Positions 39,501 to 53,620 of a stretch of DNA of 64,000 nucleotides are shown in pieces. The DNA comes from Callorhinchus milii. Taxonomy: Eukaryota. The stretch is from positions 7,378,001 through 7,442,000 of the forward strand of contig NW_024704751.1 of the NCBI RefSeq assembly GCF_018977255.1, read 5' to 3'. Both the position numbers and the translations under genes were made by a program. Under the pieces are notes generated by a model that was not told the origin of the DNA, searched no databases, and saw only the letters and a list, made by a program, of their open reading frames with translations. Numbering within the stretch: position 1 is the first letter of the stretch; every line of letters begins with the position of its first letter.

Positions 39501-41764
39501 CTGTGCTGGCTCCCTCTTGCTGTCTTTCACTCTGACGGTTGCTGTTGAGCAGGAGCACTCGCTACAGTCACAACTTGTATTTAAGTGGTACCTTTCATGT
39601 TCGAAGCTCTTTGCAGAGAGAGAGAGAGAGACTGTCAGCCGGTGGGGGTGGTGGGGCTATTGGCCCGATCGGATTGGAAGCTTTAGAGGAGGCTTGAAGA
39701 CTAATGGGGTGGGGGAGGGCGCGGTAAGTGGGGAAAGAGTTTCCGAGTGTAGCACATTTCAACCCGTATACCACTTTGCTATCGTGCTATTGCGACGTGG
39801 AATTGTGCGCGTGCGCGCGTGTGTAGTGTGTCCGTTCGCCTTGGCTCCTTCAAGGCACGTCTCGAGACCCTCCTCTTCTATCGCACCTTCGGTCACTATC
39901 CTTCCCCTGCCCACGAACCCCCCACCCCACCCCGGATCACAAACCCCAGCTCGGGTGCAAACCCTTGACTGTCCAGCGCCTTGGGACGTCCTCCCGACGT
40001 GAAAGGTGCCGTGTAAATGTCATTTGTGGTGGTGGTGGTTGTTGTTAAGCGCCCGGTGCTGAGATACGCACACACTGAACCGAGCCTCCCCTGGACACGG
40101 CGGGACAGAGACTTAACACACCTTGTGTAACCGCTGCGTTTCGGGGTTGTTATCTGCTGCAATGCAGCTGTGCCCGCCGGCCACGGTGCACTTGTTTAAA
40201 GGGCGGACTTTTCTGCTTTAAACCCTTCACCCTCATCTCAACCCCTCCTCTTCACTGAATGGCCTGTTCTTGAATTCTGCATTGATGGAAAGACACCCTT
40301 TCTTTCCCCCCACCCACCCATCACCCACCACCACACACACACACACACACCTTCCCGACCCAGAACAGAACTTCACACCCTCTCAAACCCATCCAGGGAG
40401 CGAGGGAGTGAGCGAGCGAGATTGATCGATCGATCCCCTCTACCGCAGACCCTCGCTGCTCTCACCCGGTAACTGTGTGGTGCATGCATTCAGTCAGTCA
40501 GTCAGTCATCCATATAAGGCAAAGCAGTCAGCATATTCTGCTGCCAGTGGGTTTGGCTGGTGTGTATGTATGTATGTGTGTGTGTGTGTGTGTGTGTGTG
40601 GCGTGTGTCTGTGTGTGTGCGCGAGCATCTCAAACCTGCCAGGTTCAAGCCCGTGACTTGTCATCCAGCTCATTAAAGATGTAGCACTGAATTCTGCTGA
40701 GCTGCTGTGCTGTGCATCGCTGCCCAGGGCCGTGTGGTTGAACTAAGGCGTCCGCTCTTTATTGAGCACCTCTATTTCGTACGAACTCCCCCAGGCAGAG
40801 AAGCGACATCGATGTTGAATCTTAACCGATGTTTCCCTGTCGTCTTGTATAGAAAACAATAGGAACGTTCAGCCCCTCGAGCCTGTTCGGCCACAAATAT
40901 CCAGCGAAGGAAATCTTAGGAAAGGCGCCCCTCCCCCTCCCCTCCTCTGGTCTGGTTAGAAACCTGCAAAAGGCTTAATGTATTTAATGTATTAAAAACA
41001 AGATGATTTGTGACCTCCTCCTCCTCCTCGTTGTGTTGAAGGTGGAGATTGTTTACAGTGGCTGTTTGGCTTCTTCGCTTACTGGCTCTTCTGCCGGTCT
41101 TTCTCTCACTCACTCGCTTGACCGTCTCTTCTGGATCGCTCACCCGTCCCCCCCTCTCCCCCCTCCCTCTCTCTTTCTCTCTCTCTCTCTCGCCTGCCCC
41201 CACCCACATGGGAAGGAGTTGAACATGCGCTGTGGTCTCTCTGGAGTCTCTCGTGTTTGCCACGTCCGTTGGCAATGACTGATTGCACTGAGCATGTGAG
41301 GCACTGAACCACTGCGTGATTAGAGGCGAGTGCAGACTGATTGATACTTGGGGTTTGTTTTAAGCCTTTCAAGTTCTGGCTGTGTTTGAAGATCAGTCGA
41401 GGTTCATTTTTTTCGGGGTGTGTTTTGCAAAGCGACCTGTTTAGTGGCTGCGTACAAACAGAGCTCCCCACACCCCCACCCACACACACACACGCACACC
41501 AAATTCCCTGCTCTCTTCCCCCATCATATCCGATCATAATCATGATAATGGCAGACGAGAGCGTTAACAACCAGGTGACCTCTCTCGCTCTGTGTGTCTC
41601 TGTGTCTGTCTGTCTGTCTGGGACTGTGAACACAGTCTGTAGAGAAGCTGTTCCCTGGAGGAACCTGAGCAGAAGAGTTATCTGCAGTTCCTGTGCGGTT
41701 GGTATAGAGAGCCATTTCTGGCAGGAAACAATCTGCTGATGTGGTCTGGTCTATCAGAACTGCA

Positions 41765-42004
41765 AGTCCCTCCTCTGCCACCCTACAGTCCCTCCTCTGC
41801 CACCCTACAGTCCCTCCTCTGCCACCCTACAGTCCCTCCTCTGCCACCCTACAGTCCCTCCTCTGCCACCCTACAGTCCCTCCTCTGCCACCCTACAGTC
41901 CCTCCTCTGCCACCCTACAGTCCCTCCTCTGCCACCCTACAGTCCCTCCTCTGTCACCCTACAGTCCCTCCTCTGCCACCCTACAGTCCCTCCTCTGCCA
42001 CCCT
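41765..42004 (+). repeat. 22-bp minisatellite, about 11 copies, in YWHAG intron
   Basis: (agtccctcctctgccaccctac)n, near perfect. Confidence 0.96.
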
Positions 42005-42224
42005 CTGCCCTCGGAAAGCGTGGCTTTTCGCTTGCTCAGTTTCCTCCCCCTTGCGACACGAGAGAAGAGGCGGCGATTGCTGCGCGTTAATTGTCAAGTG
42101 TAGTGACTTGTTTCTGGTTCGCAAATCGCGGCGACAGGTTGCCGGGGCCGGAGGTAATTCGGGTGGAAGTGTTGAAAGATCTGGGGACGCTGTGCAAAAG
42201 TCTTGTGAGCTTTTTATATACATA

Positions 42225-42258
<34 letters not shown>

Positions 42259-42450
42259 GGAGTTTCCCGCGATACCCTGGCCGACAGACGCTCAGGTAAA
42301 CTGGGACATTTGCGTGGTATGTGCGTGTGGGTTTGCGTGTGTGTGCGTGTTGGGGGGGGGAGGAGGAGGAGGAATCGGTTGGTGCACAGTCACAAAACAT
42401 TCGCCTGCAAAAACCCACAGTCCCTCCCCCCCGTGCTTATTATCCTTTAA

Positions 42451-43296
<846 letters not shown>

Positions 43297-44540
43297 ATGG
43301 ACCCCGGGGAGGGTTGAGGGTGGGGGGTTGCGTGTGTTGGCTAGTGCTCAGCTGACGACCCCTGTGGTTTTTTTTTCTCCCCCCCCCCACACTTCAAAGG
43401 GGGTGGGGGGGGGGTATGTAGGGATGGGTGGTGGTGGTGTGGGTGGGGGGGAAGCTTCCAGTTTAACCCCTTGTTGACGCCTCTTCGAATATTTGCCAAA
43501 ACTCAGCAGCGGCTGGTTACAGTGATGGGTTTGGCAGCCCTTTGCGTTGGCAATCGGACTGTTCTGTAGTCTTAAAAAGGGGGGGAAAAAACACACGAAA
43601 TAAAAGCGGAGTCGTTTCATTCACAGCTTAAAAGTTAGACGGGAGTATGTAACAAACAATACAATACGAGACAAACAAAAAAAAACCAACAACAACAAAA
43701 AAAAGGGAAACGCGAAGGCTTATGCAGACACACGCGCACACGTACCCACCGCGCTCTCCGATCCTGTGCTACCAGTAATCGCTCGCTTGGTTCACTCTCT
43801 CCTCCCGAATCCAAATCAAATCCAAATCAAATCCAAATCAGTGTTAGTAAAATGCAGTATAACTTCGTATTTATTTATTTCTTTTCTTCTTCCGACGTCG
43901 GTACGTTTTGGGCTTTTTTTCTCCCCACCACCACCACAACAACAATAACAAAAGGGAAATTAACGTACGAATCGCGTATCGTTTATGAATCCCAGGACTC
44001 TGGATTTTTTTTCCCGTCCACCCCCACACTCCTTTCCCGAAATGAAAGGGAGAGAGCTTTAAATCATAATATGATTATTAATAATAATAGAAATAGAAAA
44101 CGCTGAAAGTCATTTTTTTTAAACAAAATAATTCATTCGGACACAAAAGATTTTTTTTTTAGAAATAAAACGTTTCTCTCCCCTACCTCCCCCTCCCCCA
44201 CACCCCACCCCGACCTCCTTCCTCTTCTCCCCACATCCTCTCCCTCCCTCCCCTTCCCACCCCATTGACCCTGCGGTGTAGGCTGCAACTTAAACGGTAT
44301 TTATCACAGGAAGGTTTTAAGAAGGAATAAAATTTCGACTCGCGGGGGGCTGTTGGGGGTGGGGAAGGGGAGGGGGGAAGACCTTACATTTTTTTTAAAA
44401 AATAATTGGCAATTTAAAAAAAAATGATTTTAAGATCACAGTAAGCGAGAAAAGGAAAGAATTCATTTTTGAATTTTATTTTAAAACGCAGATACAAAAA
44501 TCCTCTTTCCCTACACCTGCTTACTGGAAGCACAGCATTA

Positions 44541-44582
<42 letters not shown>

Positions 44583-45506
44583 CGCGCGCGTGTGTGTGCG
44601 TGTGTTGGTTGGGGGGTAGATTAAAGGGGGTCTGGCTGCTATTGAAATGAAGATAAAGGCAAACGTCATAAAGATTTTAAAAAAAAAAGGACTTTAATCT
44701 TTAAGCAGCTTATTGTGTTTTTTTAATAAAAAGAGAGAGATAGAGAGGGAAAAGCACTGGCCTGTTATGCTGTCTTATTGAGTGTACTATGATTATTTAC
44801 TGCCCTGTAACTGTTGAAACAATATTGTGCATGCTGATGACATATTTAAACTGTAGCTTGGGTTTAACTTATAGGTGTGATTGTAATTCTTATGGCGAAA
44901 AAAAAAAGTACTTGTCTTCAAAGTGTAGCTGATTTGCTGACGTACACTTCACTTAAGAGATCTTTTTGGTCCTAACAGGTTTCAAGTCAAATCTGTCTGT
45001 TATGGACATTTACTGTCGTGATATGCAATTCTATAACTTGATTTGTGGAGAGTGAGAGTGAGAGGGGAAACAAACAAACAAAAAAAGATTTAAAGGCACC
45101 ACCACCAATGTTATAGCTTAATCTTAATGTCTGGTATTCAGTCATACGTGACATCCTCATTATTACTGTGTAGGAAGCTTAAATACAGTATGTTGTTGTT
45201 AGGATGAATTTCCTTTTGTGCTTCTTGTCGTATAATGCGGTGAGCTCTTTGCTAGGTCGGGCAGTGAAGTTTTATTTTTATTACTTTGTTGTTTTTGTTT
45301 TTGTTTTTCCAGCTCAGTGTAAATCTGTGTGTGTGTGTGGGGGGGGGGGGGGCGGCGGGGGGACGGGGGGGACGGGGACACAGGGGGAGGGTTGGGAAGG
45401 GGGAAAACTGTCACATGTGGATCATTCCTCAGCGGTTTTATCGGTGACTGAAATACCTTCTTTTGAATGTGAGTCATTATTTGTAGCGGTTACGCACATA
45501 AAGGCT

Positions 45507-45512
45507 AATAAA
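45507..45512 (+). terminator. Probable YWHAG polyadenylation signal (3' UTR about 2.2 kb)
   Basis: AATAAA at the end of an AU-rich, SINE-free stretch, followed by U/GU-rich sequence. Confidence 0.65.
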
Positions 45513-48500
45513 AGTGCAAATTGGTCAATAGCCACTTACACAAGAGTCTTGCTTCCTCGTCCCTCTTTGTCTTGTCCTGTTGCCGCCGTGTGAACTCCCA
45601 ACCCATTGGTGAGGGGGGGGGGTGCAAGCTGTGTGTGTGTGGGAAGGGGTGGGGGGGGGAAGAGAGGAGGGGGCATGGATTAGGCGGGTTGGCGTTGCCC
45701 GGATTAGGGCGTGCACAGGATAGCATGGTGGGGGGGGGATGGGGTGCAGATGTTAGAATGGGGGTCAGGGGGTACATAAGGATGGGTGGGGGGAGTGGGC
45801 GGAGGGAGAGCAGCAGCGCAGAGAGAACAGGTCAGTCTTCAGCGCTCGAGACGAGTTCCTCTGAAAAGTACGAGGTGTTGCAAGTGCGGTAAGAGAACAC
45901 GAGCTGCAGTGAGGCACCGCTGTGTAAACAGACGCACTTCCCCGTCAGGACTTGGTCACCGTTGTCTCAAACCGGCCGCTGGGAATCCTCCTGAGGTCAG
46001 AAGGCTTTCGGGGCGTTTTGCCTCCTGTTCAAAGCCCCTGTTCTATACCCCACAGCGTCACTCCTCACCTCGGAGGACGGCCTCAGTTACATTGTTCCAG
46101 CTGACGAGCTTCGCGGGAAAGGCGTCGAGGCTCGACTCCCGGGATCGGGAAATCTGGGAATGCGATCGGAGGTCATCGGAAGCGAGCGCCGGTTTCCAGT
46201 TCGAAAGCCGAAGATGTCACCGTGTGGGCTGGTCATTCCAGGGAATCGGGAAGAATTTTTTCGGCCAGGCGCTCGGGGCTGTCTGTGCTTTGAGCTTATC
46301 TTAAACCACGCAGAGTTCTGTATTATGCGCTGCCATCTACACGTTAGAAATGTCCCTGAATCTGGATTGAACCGTGGATTCTCCCTCTCTGCATTCCTCT
46401 GTCGGAGACATACTTTGCTCACTTCGTCCCGGAGAGGTTTGGGCATTTTTCACACGTGAAAGGATATCGATCCGATTGTGCCTTTAAACCCATTACCAGG
46501 TGATAACGTATGTAAACACATGCACACAGTATTGAACACTCAATTGAAGAGGACTGATGTTTTGGGAGGGGAACAGGTCACACAGAGCTGATAGTCCAAA
46601 GCAGTAAAAATGTCCTGTTAGTTGGGTGTTTTTTTTTGCTACTGGGGAAAATTGGCTCTGCCTCGCTGTCCACTCTCTCACCTTCCTATAATCGTGACTT
46701 AATTCACCTTTAAATACACGTACAGTCACTACACGTTAGCCTAAGTCCTGCGAAGCGCTTTGAGCAGTCCTCCCAAGTTGAAAAGCGTGATACCAAATGC
46801 AAGGATGATTATTGTTAATAGAATAATTCCAACTTTAAACCTGCCCCCACCCTGATAACAACAACCACGGGCTGGATTGGGGGGTGGGGTTGAGTCCAGG
46901 ATCATTTGTTAATTACTCTGGGTAAAGAAAGATTTCCTGGTGACTGTCCTGAAATTGCTCGCTTTTGCAAACTCTAAACCTGGGTCCTCGTGTTGCGCTA
47001 TCACAGTGGGTTGACGGGAAATCTCAAGGTCTCTCTCTGTATAAACTATTTCAGGTTTAGTTGAATGTTTCGCCCACAAAATGTAAGGATTATTATTATT
47101 ATGTTGGTTTCAGGAGAACATTAAAGAGAGATCGTGTTGGAAGAGAGAGGGGGGGTGGGGTTGGTGGGGATGTCCTAGCGCACAGTCCTCCTCCGCCCCC
47201 ATCCCCACGCCCCCCCCCCCCCGATAAAACTGATCACTTGCTTCCTGGCTGATATGTGCGAGTTTGATACGCGTAAGATTGGCTGCTGTCTGCTTGTCTC
47301 CACAGTCACTACGCTTGAAGGTGACTTGCTGTGAAGCACTTTGAGATGTCCCGCCTATATGACAGTCACATCGAAGGCAGGGATTAGGAGCGAGAAGAGA
47401 GGGGTAGCAATGGCCCATATTTCAGTGATGGAGGTTATAGACTCGGAGCCCTGGAGAGCGCTGTAGAGACATTCATATTCCTACGGCCTTTATAACCACA
47501 ATGCCATTTCTATATATACACATATATATATATACTCACACGCACCACCGTCACTTAACGTGACGTCAGAGATGTCAGATGTAAGGACCCTTCCTGCCCC
47601 GTGTGTATAGATATAACTTTAAAATATACCTTATTTCCTTACAGTCATTCTTTTTATGAACGGAATCTATTTCCGACCATTCAAGCTTGAGTTGCCTTTC
47701 TTGATATTACCAGGTCTGGTATTTCGGACTCAGATCTGTGCATAGCTCGTCTTACCATCGTGCTTGACCTCCCCCCACCCCCCCCACCGAGGTATTTTTA
47801 GCCGTGAAACGAGAATGATTTATAAAAGTGCCGGAAAAGTGGATCATCCCGCTGGAAGGTGAGCTTGATAAATGTTAGTGATTCCTAACCAAAAGGACGT
47901 TGGCTGGCGAGGCTGCAATTGTGGTCTGTGACTCCTTCAGAGATTAAGAGAGGAAGGTCGCAAAAGAGAAAGAAAAGGATTAATAGGACCTTTATCACTT
48001 CAGTCCCGTAGCTTAGTGATCAGTGCTCTTGCCTGGCAAGCGAGAGGACCCGGGTTGGGCGAAACCTTAGCCAAGTTTCCTTACTCCGCACACACACACG
48101 CGCACACACACGCTCCTGTTTACTTAGCAGTAAGTAGGAACCCAGTTGTTAGTGGACTGGCGGATCACTTTAGTGACCCCTTAAAAAAAAATGTGGTCGT
48201 TCAATCCACGACTGTTTGGGGTACACTGTGCGCAATTGGCTGCCGCGTTTAGCCCATGAAATACACAGTCAATCCACTTTTGTGGATTCTGTGAACTGCT
48301 TTAAGAGTCTCAACGATGTGATAAGGTAATAGGTCAAATGCAAGGATTCTGAAAAAATGATTATTGGTATGTGTGCAAGTGTGTGTGTGCAAGTGTGTGA
48401 GCGTGTGCGAGTGTCTGTGTGTGTGCGAGTGTGTGCGAGAGTGTGCGCGAGTGTCTGTGTGTGCGAGAGTGTGTGCGCGAGTGTGTGCGAGAGTGTGTGT

Positions 48501-50678
48501 GTGTGTGTGCGCGCGCGCGCGAGTGTGAAGTGTCATCTCATTTGCGGTGTGAAATCATGGCAATGCTTCTGTGTTCCGTGCTATGCTGTGCTATGCTGTG
48601 TGTGTGAGACCAGTTATCTGCAATGCAGTTCCTGAGCCTCGGTTGAGAGCAGCTGAGGGTTGGCTTGGTGCCGACGGAGTCTGTCTGCTCTCAGTCTCAC
48701 CTCCTCCCCGAATCAGAGAAGCGGTAGACTTGATCATTAAACCCATCGAGTCACCAGTACTGTATCGGGAAGCAGAGACCTTACCCACCCAGCGCTACGC
48801 ACACGTTTGGGTGTCACAAAAACAATCTGCATCTCAGCGTAGGCTTGAAATTCCGCCCTTTCGTCTTATAATTTAACACGGTGCAGAGTATTTGAGCGCC
48901 GCGTTTTGCCCACAAGACACACAAGTCAATTCACTTTACAGTACAGTCTGTCATTTTCTGTGGCTTCTGTAGAATGTATTTGTGTGGAGGATTCTTACAC
49001 ACTGCCCCCACCCCTCACCCCGGCTAATAATAATAATAATAATAATACTTTAATAATTCTTGCATTTGATACAGTGCCTTATCATGTCATTGAGACGTCT
49101 TAAAGCGCTTCACGGAATATACTGTAAAGTGAATCGACTGTATATTTTGTGGGCGAAACGCGGCTGCCAATTGTGCACAGCAGCGTCCCCACAACACAAA
49201 CAGTCATGGATTGAGTGACCAAATTATTATTATTTATTATCTTGGGAGGGATTATTAACAACAACAACAACAAGATTGCATTCATAGAGAACCTTTCACG
49301 TCGGGAGGACGTCCCAAGGCGCTGGACAGTTGGGTCAGGACCTGAGGAGGGGGGAAATGGTCAGGGTGAGGGGAGGGAAGGGAGGGAGGGAGCGAGGAGG
49401 GGGTAGAGAGTCGAGAGGGGAGGTGAGGGCACCGTTGAAGAGAAAGGTCTTGAGACCGGCCTTGAAGGAGGAAAGGGAGGAAGCGGCGAAGGCACCAGGG
49501 GATTGAGTTCCAGAGCCTCGGGGCTGAGAGGCTTACCAATTGGCCAATCGACTAACTAGCAACCGGCTTCCTACTTACTGCCAGGTAAACAGAGGCATGT
49601 GTGTGGAATAAGGAAACTTGCCTAAGGTCTCGCCCCGCCCTGCCCGGGCCCTCACTCTTGCGAGGTGAGTGCTCTAACCAGAAGGTCATAAGATCAGTGT
49701 TAGATGAAGAAGGCTCTTCGTCCCATCGGGTGATGGGTGGAGGGGAGGGGGGGGGACTCTCTCCGTCTGGTAACATTGGCTCCAAGGATTCGGCTTTTGG
49801 GTCAACCTGTCACTGGGTGATTGTGGATGGATGCGGTGGAGGGGGAACGTGGAAGGAGCTGAGATTGGCTGTTGGGCTGCATCTGTCACCATGGAAACTG
49901 CATCTCTTCCCGGCTGAAGCCGACGGTCCTTGGCTCTCGTGCTGTTGTCTCACACAGGCATCGGCTGGCTGGTGAGGCTCGGTAATTTTTGTTTTAACCC
50001 TCTCTGTCTCTCCTCTGCTTTGTCGCCCGTCGAGAGGGTCCTGGCCTGAACTTCTCCCCCTCGTTCGAAATACTTTTTATTTCCATCGCATTCTAGACCA
50101 GGGGTCCTTAATATATAGCATATTTCCTGTGAAGGCGCTTTGAGACGTCTCGATGACGTGTTAAGGCGCAATAGCAAACGCAAGGATTTATTTATTACCG
50201 CTGTATTTTTTGAGCGGAGAATAATATGATGACTCTCTGTGCCTGGTTTGGATTTTGCTGCGAAAGTTTCACGTGGGTTGTTGGGGATAGCGTTCCCTCC
50301 TCCCCCTCCCCCTCCACCTCCAACTCCACTTCCCCCCTCCCACTGCCCCCTCCCCCCTCCCACCCCCGCATCGGGGACTTTGAGCTCACAGTCAAGACTG
50401 TTGACCCAGTGCGATGCTGGGGGAGGGAGATGCCGTCCTTCATCAGATGAGGCGTTCAGCGGAGTTCTCCTCTGGTCCTGCTCAGTTGTGTGTTCAATGC
50501 CACACAACGATACTCAAAAACAGAAGGGAGTTTCTCCCAGGCACCAGGTCGACAAACCCCAGATAAATTCAGTCGTTGGGAACGTTGCTTTGTGCCAATT
50601 GACTGCCCCGTTAGCGCCCAAAATGTGCATTCGGAGCGGAAGAAAAACCTTACACAAGGTAGTATGTATATAAAATAT

Positions 50679-50684
50679 TTTATT
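50679..50684 (-). terminator. Probable HSPB1 polyadenylation signal
   Basis: AATAAA on the minus strand about 220 nt after the stop. Confidence 0.65.
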
Positions 50685-50901
50685 GCTGAGTTACAATCCA
50701 CACGTTCTAGACAATTTATCTTTTTTTAAAAAAAAAACCACTCTTAACGAAACCAATTCACCATCGATGGGGATGAACTGGGTGATGCCTATTTTGGCAC
50801 TGAGCCGGGCGGGAGGGTGGTTGGGCAGGCGGGCGGCTGCTGGGCGGGTGCCAGGTCTGGGTGGTGGGGGAGGGGTTGGTGGTGGGCTGTCACCGTAGCC
50901 T

Positions 50902-51076
50902 CTACGCTGGTTTCTTGGGGTCCTGGACTCCGATCTGGGCTTTGGACTCATAGGTGATGGGGATGGTGACCTCCGCTGACTTGATGGCTGCTTTGGGCAA
51001 CGGAGCCTCCACTGCCAGCACGCCGCTGGGCGACAGCGAGGAGTTGATCAGGCCGGTGTCCACATTTGGGGGGAGG
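50902..51076 (-). CDS. HSPB1: HSPB1 exon 3
   Basis: ttgacag|(L)[57 protein letters not shown]; end of alpha-crystallin domain plus IXI motif. Confidence 0.93.
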
Positions 51077-51420
51077 CTGTCAAGAAACAGAGGGAGAAAT
51101 TAGGAACAACAACAATTTGCAATTACATCGTGCCCCTCACGCAGGATAGCCTCCCAGCTCGCTTGACAACAATGGCAGAGCACTACGCCAAACCGGGGGG
51201 AAAGGGGTGGTGACCGTAGGCACGGTCGAAGAGGAAAGTCTTCAGGCATGATCTGAAGATGGAGAAGGAAAGGGGGCGAAGTGGAGGAGCAGAAAACAGG
51301 GACGAACAGAGAGAAGCCATTCAGCCCACGGAGCAAATTCCCGTTAGTTTCTTAGATCTGGTGGTGAGGAAACTCTTTTTCTGAATTTTGCTTCCCCGTC
51401 TCAAATAGTTTAAAGCTATA

Positions 51421-51770
51421 AATATAATAACAATCCTCACCCCGTTGAGACGTCTCAAAGCGCTTCACAGATTATATTGTAAAGTGTAGCGACTGTGTAT
51501 TTTGTGGACAAAACGCGGCAGCCAATTGCACGCAGCAGTGTCCCACAAACAGTCGTGGATTGAGTGAACAAATTAATGTGTCTTTTTTTTTGGAAGGGAT
51601 TATTACGCCTGGAAAGTGATCCGCCAATTGACTAACAACCGGGTTCCTACTTACTGCTGGGTAAACAGAGACGTGTGGAATAAGGAAATTTGACTAAGAT
51701 TTTGTCCTGCCCGGGAATCAAACTCAGGTCCTCTCGCTCGCGAGGCGAGTGCTCTAACTAATACATTAAG
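51421..51770 (-). mobile_element. tRNA-derived SINE in HSPB1 intron 2
   Basis: Reverse complement of the same SINE family. Confidence 0.85.
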
Positions 51771-52143
51771 GCACTCTAAATAGGCTGCGAAGACCCTCTC
51801 TCTCTATGTTGCGGTAGCCAGCCCGGCATTCATTCCTTGCCAACGCTCACAAAGGGGGAAAACAATACAAATGCCACACACCAGAGGGTGCCTTTGTAGC
51901 CCAGACCAGTGGCAGGAACCGAGGGTAAACAGACGCCTTATTACAATGACCCTCGCATTTATTGCAGCGCCTTATCAAGTCGTCGAGACGTCTCAAAGCG
52001 CTCTGCAGCTTATTCTGTAAATTTTGTGTTAACTGTGTATTTTGTAGTCTTCAGGTGGGGAAGGAAGGGAGGGAGGGAGGGAGGGAGGGAGAGAGAGTGG
52101 GGTAGAGGCGAGGGAGGGAGGCAGATAAAAGTTGATTCACTTA

Positions 52144-52254
<111 letters not shown>

Positions 52255-52956
52255 TCAAATTTGTGAGCAAATTGAAGCCGAGGATCACGTTCTTTGCCGA
52301 TGGGAACGTGTGGCTCAAAAAAGATCTTTTAATCCCATGTCCCTACTAAACCCCCCCCCCACTCCTCCTGCACCCCCACACCCCCCTTTTAAACCCGCTC
52401 TCTCCTATTTCCCAAGCAGAAGGAGCCTCCTCCAAATTCATCCCTGAATTCACCCCCAAAGTCTCTCGTAGTTTACGCTGGTTTATTCTCCCTAACATTC
52501 GCCTTATTAAATTCTATAGCGGCCAACAACGTCTCCCGGGGCCTCACAGTTCTCTACAAAGTGTAGTGACTGTGTATTTTTTACAAACGGAAATGGCAGC
52601 CAATTTTTGCCCAGCGACGTCCCCACTAAGAGCCACGAAGCGAACGGCCGGGCAATTTAATCTTAAATTTATACAGCGCCTTTCTCATAAAATAAACCTC
52701 CCTGAGCTTTATATATATTTATATACATTTTATAAACAGTAAGGCCTGATATGGTGCTCTATAAAACTCCAGTTATTAAAAGTCATTCAATCCTAAGTTA
52801 TTGTAATAACAATCCTTGCATTTGATACCATGGCCATATCGCGTCTTCGAGACGTCACCCAAGCGCTTCACAGGATAACGGTAAAGTGTAAAGTGTAGTG
52901 ACTGTGTATCTTGTGGGGCAAACAATCATTATCACCCGTTGTCATTGCGGTTTTAC

Positions 52957-53391
52957 CGTTGATCTCCACGTAGTTGTCTTTGGTCTTGATGGTGATTTCC
53001 TCCGGGGCGAAGTGACTGACGTCCAGGCTGATTTTCCACGTGTCAGACGTGACCTTGATCTCGGACAAGCCGGTGCTCTGTTGGCGGGTCAGGGGCTGAA
53101 CGGTGGGATGGTGTGCGCAGCCTGAGCGACGTCTGCAGCGGCTGCTGTCGCTGCTGCCGCTGTCGTTGCTGCCGTTGTTGTGCCGGTGGTCGCTGAGGAT
53201 GCCCCTAACTGTGTCGCGGCCAGCGAGGGGATGAGGTAGCCCGGCCAGGAGCCGCTGAGGGTCGGCCAGTCCATGTGCATAGCCGGCATCCCGAAATGCT
53301 GGTCAAAGAGCCGGCCGGGATAGTGCCAATCCCGGAAAGGATCCCAGCTGGGAGATCGCAGGAAACTGAAGGGGATTCGGCGCTCAGACAT
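52957..53391 (-). CDS. HSPB1: HSPB1 exon 1, apparent 1-nt frameshift at 53092-53095
   Basis: [22 protein letters not shown]...PPFSP* then, in the -1 frame, [45 protein letters not shown]; donor G|gtaaaa. Confidence 0.92.
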
Positions 53392-53512
53392 AGCGACGAC
53401 GGGAGCGATAAAACCTTACCAAAACTCTGGGAGAGGAAACTTTTTGGCAGAGTCGTTTGTCCGTGTTGTGGCGAGCTCTTCCTACAAAGAGGGCTGGCTG
53501 ACTGCTCCTGTC

Positions 53513-53620
53513 TTTATATCCAGGGAACCGGGGTATATTTAGAAGCCCGTTACACACATGTCTATTCTAGGAAAACTTAACAACTGCTTGCGGAATGCTG
53601 GCAGGCGAACAGATAACCCT
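53513..53620 (-). promoter_or_regulatory. HSPB1 proximal promoter
   Basis: TATAAA at 53513-53518(-); TTCTAGGAA (STAT-type), GGAATG (TEAD-type) and AGATAA motifs just upstream. Confidence 0.6.

Noticed and set aside
41739-42299. Repetitive ORFs (PPLPPYSPSSATLQSLLCHPTV)n
   Set aside because: Translation of the 22-bp intronic minisatellite; no supporting splice signals
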